From Octopus vulgaris (taxonomy: Eukaryota): a DNA stretch of 64,000 bases. Every line of letters starts with the position of its first letter. Within the stretch, counting starts at the first letter, position 1. Below the pieces are notes generated by a model, which was given only the letters and a program-made list of their open reading frames with translations, had not been told where the DNA came from and did no database searches. Where the stretch lies: positions 33,232,001-33,296,000 of the forward strand of contig OX597842.1 of assembly GCA_951406725.2 (NCBI GenBank), given 5' to 3'. The position numbers and the translations under genes were made by a program. Shown in pieces: positions 56,709-64,000 of this stretch.

Positions 56709-56739
<31 letters not shown>

Positions 56740-57119
56740 AATGTTATATTCAAAATGTATACCGTTCATATATTCACATTAACAGAAGACAGCAAATATA
56801 TTAAAAGTTGAAACATGTTACCATGTAGCCTTCAGCGTTTTTATCCATGTTAGACTTTCTTAACTCAATATGCTACACGATTATATGAACAATAATACTC
56901 CGTTCTAGTTTCACTCTTTAAGTGAATTATGTCCCCTATCTATATATCTATCTTTGCATGCATATAGCTAGATAGATTTTTTTCACATTTTCGTAGTTAT
57001 TTTGCAGCTAATTCGGAAAAATAGATCTCCTATATACGCATTCGTAGTTTCCTGAAATTCACACTCTCATTTTCAAGAATTTAAATATATTTGGCATCTG
57101 TGTTATTTTGTTTTTCTCT

Positions 57120-57532
57120 CTTTTCTCTCTTTTACTTGTTTCAGTCATTTGACTGCGGCCATACTGAAGCACCGCCTTTAGTCGAGCAAATCGATCAGAT
57201 GACTTATTCTTTGTAAGCCTAGTACTTATTCTATCGGTCTCTTTTATCGAACCGCTAAGTTACGGGGACGTAAAAACACCAGCATCGGTTGTCAAGCAAT
57301 GTTGGGGGAACAACTACAGACGCACAAACACACACACACACATATATATATACACATATACATATATATGACAGGCTTCTTTCAGTTTCCGTCTTCCAAA
57401 TCCACTCACAAGGCTTTGGTCGGCCCGAGGCTATTGTAAAAGACACTTGCCTAAGGTGCCACGCAGTGGGACTGAACCCGGAACCATGTGGTTGGTAAGG
57501 AAGCTACTTACCACACAGCCACTCCTGCGCCT
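57120..57532 (-). mobile_element. SINE family A
   Basis: Similarity to the other copies. Confidence 0.85.
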
Positions 57533-59055
57533 TTATATACTAGTTGAATTCATCTAGCGTTCTTTCACTCATTGTCAGCCACCAAGCCGACTATGTGCTC
57601 ATGCTGCCCCCCTCTTGTATTAGCACTTGTTTATTATTTATTCTCTCTTTCTATGCCATGTAAAGCGTGACGGGAGAATTCAGCCAACCGACCAAATCAA
57701 TATAAAAAGAGACTGTTGATATATAGAGATGTCAGGCGGCGAGGTAAGCTGGCAAAATCGTTAACACGCCGGCCGCAAATGATTGTCATGTGACCTCGGC
57801 GTAATTTAAACTGGGAATTTGAAGACGTACGAAATACCACTACATGGTTTACCTGGGTTATTTACGATTCTGCTGGCTCACCTTAAATACACACACACAC
57901 ACACGTATGTGTGTGTGTGTATGTAGGTGTATATATATGTATATATGCGTGTGAATATCTGTGTCTGTATATGTGCGTATAAGTATATGTGTATATAAGT
58001 GTGTGTGTATATGTGTGTGTATATATATGTTTGTATGTTTATGTGTGTGTATATATCTGTGTGTGTATATGTGTTTGTATGTGTATGTTTGTGTGTGTAT
58101 GTATGTATGTGTGTGTGTGTTTATATGTATGTGTGAGTATATGTGTGTGTGTGTATATACATATGTGTGTATCTGTGTGTATATGCATATGTGTGTATAT
58201 ATGTATGTGTGAGAATATATATGTTTGTGTGTATATATGTAAATATGTGTGTATATATGTATGTATATGTATTTATATATATTAATAGCTGACTTCTGTG
58301 TGGTGTTTGGAGTTATATATTTGCTCTACATTACAAAATATAGACACTTCTTGCACGAGATACAATGGTCGCTATATACATGAAACACGTTGTGGCTCTC
58401 TCGTTTCTGTTACTTCTCTCTCTCTCTCTCTCTTCATATTTTCCTCTCACACACACACACACACACATACACTCTCCCTTTATCTATTCGTCTATTTATC
58501 AATATCTCCATCCCGGTCTTTCCTCCCCAAAAATATAAGGCGCAATGTTAACGAACACAAGTGTACCGAACGAAAGATCTCCTTCATCAATATATTCTCC
58601 ACCCGAGGCGAAAAAAACACACACACATAAACACACACACACACACATGTATACATATATCAATCACAACAACAACAACAATAGCAACAGCAGCAACCAC
58701 AACAAACTGTATGAACAACAATATGATGGTGATAATTTCATTTACAATGACAAGCAAACTGTGCAGCCATCTTGAAAACATAACGCCGGAAGCCATTTTA
58801 GGAGATGCGATTCTTCCAAGCTCGTTAAATTGTATAATAGAAAACACGAAAAAGGGGCACAGAATTAATAGCATAAATAATCGGGGTTTTATGTGTTTAA
58901 GGACCTTGATGAAAACCCTAAACACTTATAGATCTTTTATTTTTATTTTCATATGCATGTTGTGGTTTTTTTTATATATATTATTTAATTTATTTTTTAT
59001 ATTTAAGGTAGTAAGGTAAAAAGTAAATTGAAATATTGAAGCTTAATAGAAAAAG

Positions 59056-59093
<38 letters not shown>

Positions 59094-59404
59094 ATGTGTG
59101 TGTATATATATATGTGTGTGTGTGTATATATGTGTGTGTGTATATATATATGCGTGTGTGTATATATATGCGTGTGTATATATATATGTGTGTGTATATG
59201 TGAGTGTGTGTGTATGTGTTTGTGTGTGTATATATGTTTGTGTGTGTATATATGTATGTGTGAGTATATATGTGTGTGTGTATATATGTTTGTGTGTGTA
59301 TATATGTATGTGTGAGTATATATGTGTGTGTATATATATATATATATATGTGTGTGTCTGTGTGTATATGCATATGTGTGTATATATGTATGAGTATATA
59401 TATA

Positions 59405-59520
59405 TGTTGCTTCCCAACTACATGGTTCTTGGTTCAGTCCCACTGCATGGCACCTTGGGCAAGTGTCTTCTACTATAGCCACGGGCCGACCAAAGCCTTG
59501 TGAGTGGATTTGATAGACGG
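59405..59520 (+). mobile_element. SINE family A head fragment
   Basis: catggttcttggttcagtcccactgcatggcaccttgggcaagtgtcttc. Confidence 0.8.
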
Positions 59521-59621
59521 ACTCAAACCGATTTCTAGGCTATCAACACTGTCGGATGTGTATATATATATATATATATAGGTGTGTGTGTGTCTGGCTT
59601 GGTGTGTGTATATGTGTAAGT

Positions 59622-59667
<46 letters not shown>

Positions 59668-59713
59668 CGGAGTGTATATATATGTGTAGGTATATATATA
59701 TAAATAAATGTCA

Positions 59714-59938
<225 letters not shown>

Positions 59939-60327
59939 TCAGAGATGTGTTTAAAAGGATACGAAATAAAATACAAAATGAAGGCAGAGAGAGAGGGGAC
60001 AATAAAAAAGGTGTTTTAGTTTGACGCTCAGGAAAAATGGGAGTTCTTGATGTTTCGAGCCTACGCTCCTTTTCAGAAAGGACCTAGGACAGGAAAAGCA
60101 AGTAACTGGGGAGGAAGAAGATCGGTGTAAATATAAATATATATATGTATATTCTTGATAGCTTCATAAATTTCCATATCGCCTTGGCAGAACGGCTTCT
60201 CTCACTTTGCTTGTGGCTTAAGTACACACACACACACACACACACCTTTTGTGATTGATGCACACGTGTACTTGTCTAACTTCGATCATTCTATCTGTCT
60301 CTCTACACAGTTTATACACACACACAC

Positions 60328-60379
<52 letters not shown>

Positions 60380-60467
60380 GCAAAAATAAATATATGTATA
60401 CACATACATATACACACACATATATATATCTGTATATATATAGACACACACAAAAATATATATGTAT

Positions 60468-60509
<42 letters not shown>

Positions 60510-61249
60510 CTGCATAAACATGTAAATATGTACATATATATATGTGTGTGTATATATATGTATGTGTGTATGTATATATATGTATGTGTGTATGTATATA
60601 TATGTATGTGTGTGTATATATATATATGTGTTTCTCCATCTCCTGTTGCCCACTTTGGGATCTTTCTTTCCTCTCTCTTCCTTCTTTATGTTTCCGACGA
60701 ATAGCTCCGCTCGAAACGTCATACCTTCCTGCTTCCATATTTCCTGAGCGCCTATTAATAATAATACTGTAATTGTTCCACTGTTGTTGTTTTTTTGTTT
60801 TCCCGTTTGGATTAAAATTATATATATATATATGTATATATACGGGATTGCCACAGCTGGGAAATGGTGAGAAACGAACGTCTGTCCAGAGATTCTAGAC
60901 ATAGCCTGCGGACAAATGGCATTGCTAAAGAATAACGATAACGGTGGAGGAACTGTCTGCAGATGTGTCGGTGATGTCATGGAAACGGTTGAAAAAAAAG
61001 ACAAAAAGGAGATACAGCCGACGACAATAACAACAGCATCAAGAAAGACATCAGTAAGAACCAAGAAGAAGAAGAACAACAACAAGAACAGCGGCGGCGG
61101 TAGGCGATAATAAAAAATAAAACAACGGCATTTATTACAATAACAACTACGGCAAAGACGAAGAAACGACGGCTTTGGAAAAACATGAGCGATGACAAAA
61201 AAACACGAATGTTATCGTCACAATTAAAAAGTTCAAACACGGAAATTAG

Positions 61250-62100
61250 TGGCGGCGGCGGTGGTGGTGGTGGTGGTGTTGGTGGTGGTGGTGGTGATGG
61301 TGGTGGTGGTGATTGTTGTTGTGGTGGTGGTGGTGATGGCAGTGGTGATGATGGTGGTGGTGTTGTTGGTAGTGGTGGTGGCGGTGGTGGTGATGGCGGT
61401 GGTGGTGTTGGGTGGCGGTGGCGGTGGTGGTGGTTGTTGTTGTTGTGGTTGTGGTGATGGTAGTGGTGACGATGGTGGTGGTGTTGGTGATGGTTGTGGT
61501 GATGGTGGTGGTGGTGATGGTGGTGATTGTTGTTGTTGTGGTGGTGGTGATGGTTGTGGTGATGATGGTGGTGGTGTTGGTGATGGTTGTGGTGGTGGTG
61601 GTGGCGGTGGTGATTTTTGTTGTGGTGGTGGTGGTGATGGCAGTGGTGATGATGGTGGTGGTGGTGGTGGTGGTGGTGGTGGCGGTGGTGGTGGTGATTT
61701 TTGTTGTTGTTGTGGTGGTGATGGCGGTGGTGATGGCGGTGGTGGTGGTGTTGGTGGTGGCGGTGGTAATGATGGCGGTGGTGGTGGTGGTGGCGGTGGT
61801 GGTGGTGATTGTTGTTGTTGTTGTGGTGGTGGTGGTGGTGATGGTGGTGGTGGTGGTGTTGGTGGTGGCGGTGGTGATGATGGCGGTGGTGGTGGTGGTG
61901 GTGATTGTTGTTGTTGTGGTGGTGGTGGTGGTGGTGGTGATGGTGGTGGTGGTGGTGGTGGTGGTGGTGGTGGTGGTGGTTGTGGTGGTGGTGGTGGTGA
62001 TGGTGGTAGAGGTGATGGTTGGGATGGTGGCGGTGGTGGTGATGGTGGTGGTGGTGGCGGTGGTGGTAGTTTGGCTGAGGTTGTCGGGGGTAGAGTGGTG
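61250..62100. repeat. (GGT)n/(GTT)n compound trinucleotide tract
   Basis: Seen directly. It produces spurious poly-Pro, Gly, Val and Thr ORFs. Confidence 0.95.
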
Positions 62101-62574
62101 TAGTTCTTGGGAGGGGGTGTCGCTGTTGTTATTGCTGCTGTGGTTGTAGTATTGGCGGTGATGGGTAGAGGGGTGGGAGTGAAGAACAATGATGTAGTAC
62201 ATATGTATGTGTGCGTGTATATATATATATATATATATATGTGTGTATATATATATATATGTGTGTGTGTCTGTGTATGCATATATATACATATATATAT
62301 GTATATATATGTATATACCTGTTTAAGTGTTCGAGTGTCTGTATCTATGTGTGTGCGTATATATTGGTATATTAGTGTATGGATATGTGAGTGCGGGTAT
62401 ATGTGTGTGTGTATATATACATATATATAGATACATATTTATACACACACACACATATATATACAGTAAAAAAAGAATTTCATACAACAGATTTTCCCCA
62501 GGTGGTGAGTTGTAATGTATATATATATATATATATATATATGAGTGTGTGTGTGTATGTGTATATACGTGTGT

Positions 62575-62619
<45 letters not shown>

Positions 62620-62764
62620 TGTGTGTGTGTGTATGTGAATATGAGTGTGTATCGATATATATATGTATGTTTCTGCGTGTGTCAGTATGTATATATATAT
62701 ATACACACATACACACATATATATATCTGTCTATATGCATTGAGAGAGAGAGTGTGATTTAATA

Positions 62765-63160
62765 TTCTTTTCTAATATAGGCACAAGGCCCGAAATTTTG
62801 GGGGAGGTGCCCAATCAATTAGATCGATCCCAGTGCGTAACTGGTACTAATTTAATTGACCCCGAAAGGATGAAAGGCAAAGTCGACCTCGTCGGACTTT
62901 GAACTCTGAACGTAAAGACGGACGAAATACCTATTTCTTTACTACCCACAAGGGGCTAAACATAGAGGGGACAAACAAGGACAGATAAACGGATTAAGTC
63001 GATTACATCTACGCCAGTGCGTAACTGGTACTTAATTTGTCGACCCCGAAAGGATGAAAGGCAAAGTCAACCTCGGCGGAATTTGAACTCAGAACGTAAC
63101 GGCAGACGAAATACCGATAAGCACTTCGTCCAGCATGCTAACGTTTCTGCCAGCTCGCCG
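62765..63160 (-). mobile_element. SINE family B (tandem body)
   Basis: Reverse complement of family B. Confidence 0.85.
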
Positions 63161-63443
63161 TAGAGTACAATAAAAGAAAGTACTCTGTACAGAGTTGTAC
63201 TTTGTGTACGTCGGGTACATATTATTAGTATTTAAAGTAATCAAGGTTGCGCAGAAGAAATGTCTGTTTGGTAGTGGTTTTGTTAATTATATGGTTTGTC
63301 AGATGGTTCCCTTGACGGGTGGACAGAGAATGGTTGGAAGATGCAGAGAAAGCTCGCTGATAGATTTGAACATAGATCGATAAATAGATAGGTAAAGGTG
63401 GGGGATGGATGGGAGGATAAAAAGTCGAATAAGTAAGCAACTT

Positions 63444-63477
<34 letters not shown>

Positions 63478-63542
63478 CTGACAAATAGATAGATAGATGG
63501 AGAGATAGAGAGATAGATTAATAGATAGATACATAGGTAGGT

Positions 63543-63587
<45 letters not shown>

Positions 63588-64000
63588 TAGATAGATAGAT
63601 TGATAGAGAGACAGATAGATAGACAGTTAGATTAATAGATATAGATAGATAAACAGATAGACTGATCGATAGATCAATAAATAGATAGATAGACAGACAG
63701 ACAGATTGATAGATAAACATATACATGGATAGATAGACAAATAGATGAATGGATGGATTAATGGATAGACAGATAGACAAATGGATAGATAGATAGATAG
63801 ATAGATAGACAAACAGATAAAGAGATGGATAGATAAACAGATGGAGAGATAGACAGATAGGGGTATGGACAGATAGATCAGACGGATGGCTCGATAGATA
63901 GATAAATAGATAAAAGTTAGATAAGAACATGGATTGATCGATAACAACGTAAATTGGTAGAAACATAGCGAAATACATACATATATATATATGTGTGTAT

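Noticed and set aside
60844-60924. 81-nt in-frame phase-1 exon candidate upstream of the homeobox exon
   Set aside because: The donor CCC|gtatat is very weak and runs into a TA microsatellite.
61233-62292. Long poly-Pro/Thr/Gly/Val ORFs (extensin- or mucin-like)
   Set aside because: Frames on both strands are open because the sequence is a (GGT)n tract. It is intronic in Pax6 and has no exon structure.

Overview
AT-rich, microsatellite-dense eukaryotic DNA, most likely octopus (coleoid cephalopod), judged from the SINE families and the Pax6 protein sequence. The only host gene I can support is the 3' half of Pax6 on the minus strand, in five canonical GT-AG exons: 59720-59802, 55889-56055, 49543-49643, 29842-29970 and 27038-27153. 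They splice in frame to the homeodomain C-terminal part, the PST domain and the diagnostic ...QYWPRLQ* end. The paired-domain and homeodomain N-terminal exons must lie beyond position 64000. The rest is tRNA-derived SINEs, two LINE 3' fragments, Helitron-, Merlin-, Tc1-, pogo- and piggyBac-type non-autonomous elements, Penelope-like fragments, minisatellites and microsatellites. Nearly all ORF-track entries are microsatellite artefacts. Three observations stand out: (1) a strongly flanked, in-frame 36-nt candidate cassette exon (50557-50592) in the Pax6 PST region; (2) several hammerhead ribozyme motifs, including a complete sense-strand one in the last Pax6 intron that is embedded in an inverted repeat; (3) a noisy duplicated patchwork at 33.3-40 kb that is probably an assembly artefact. 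All coordinates were read by eye and no searches were run.
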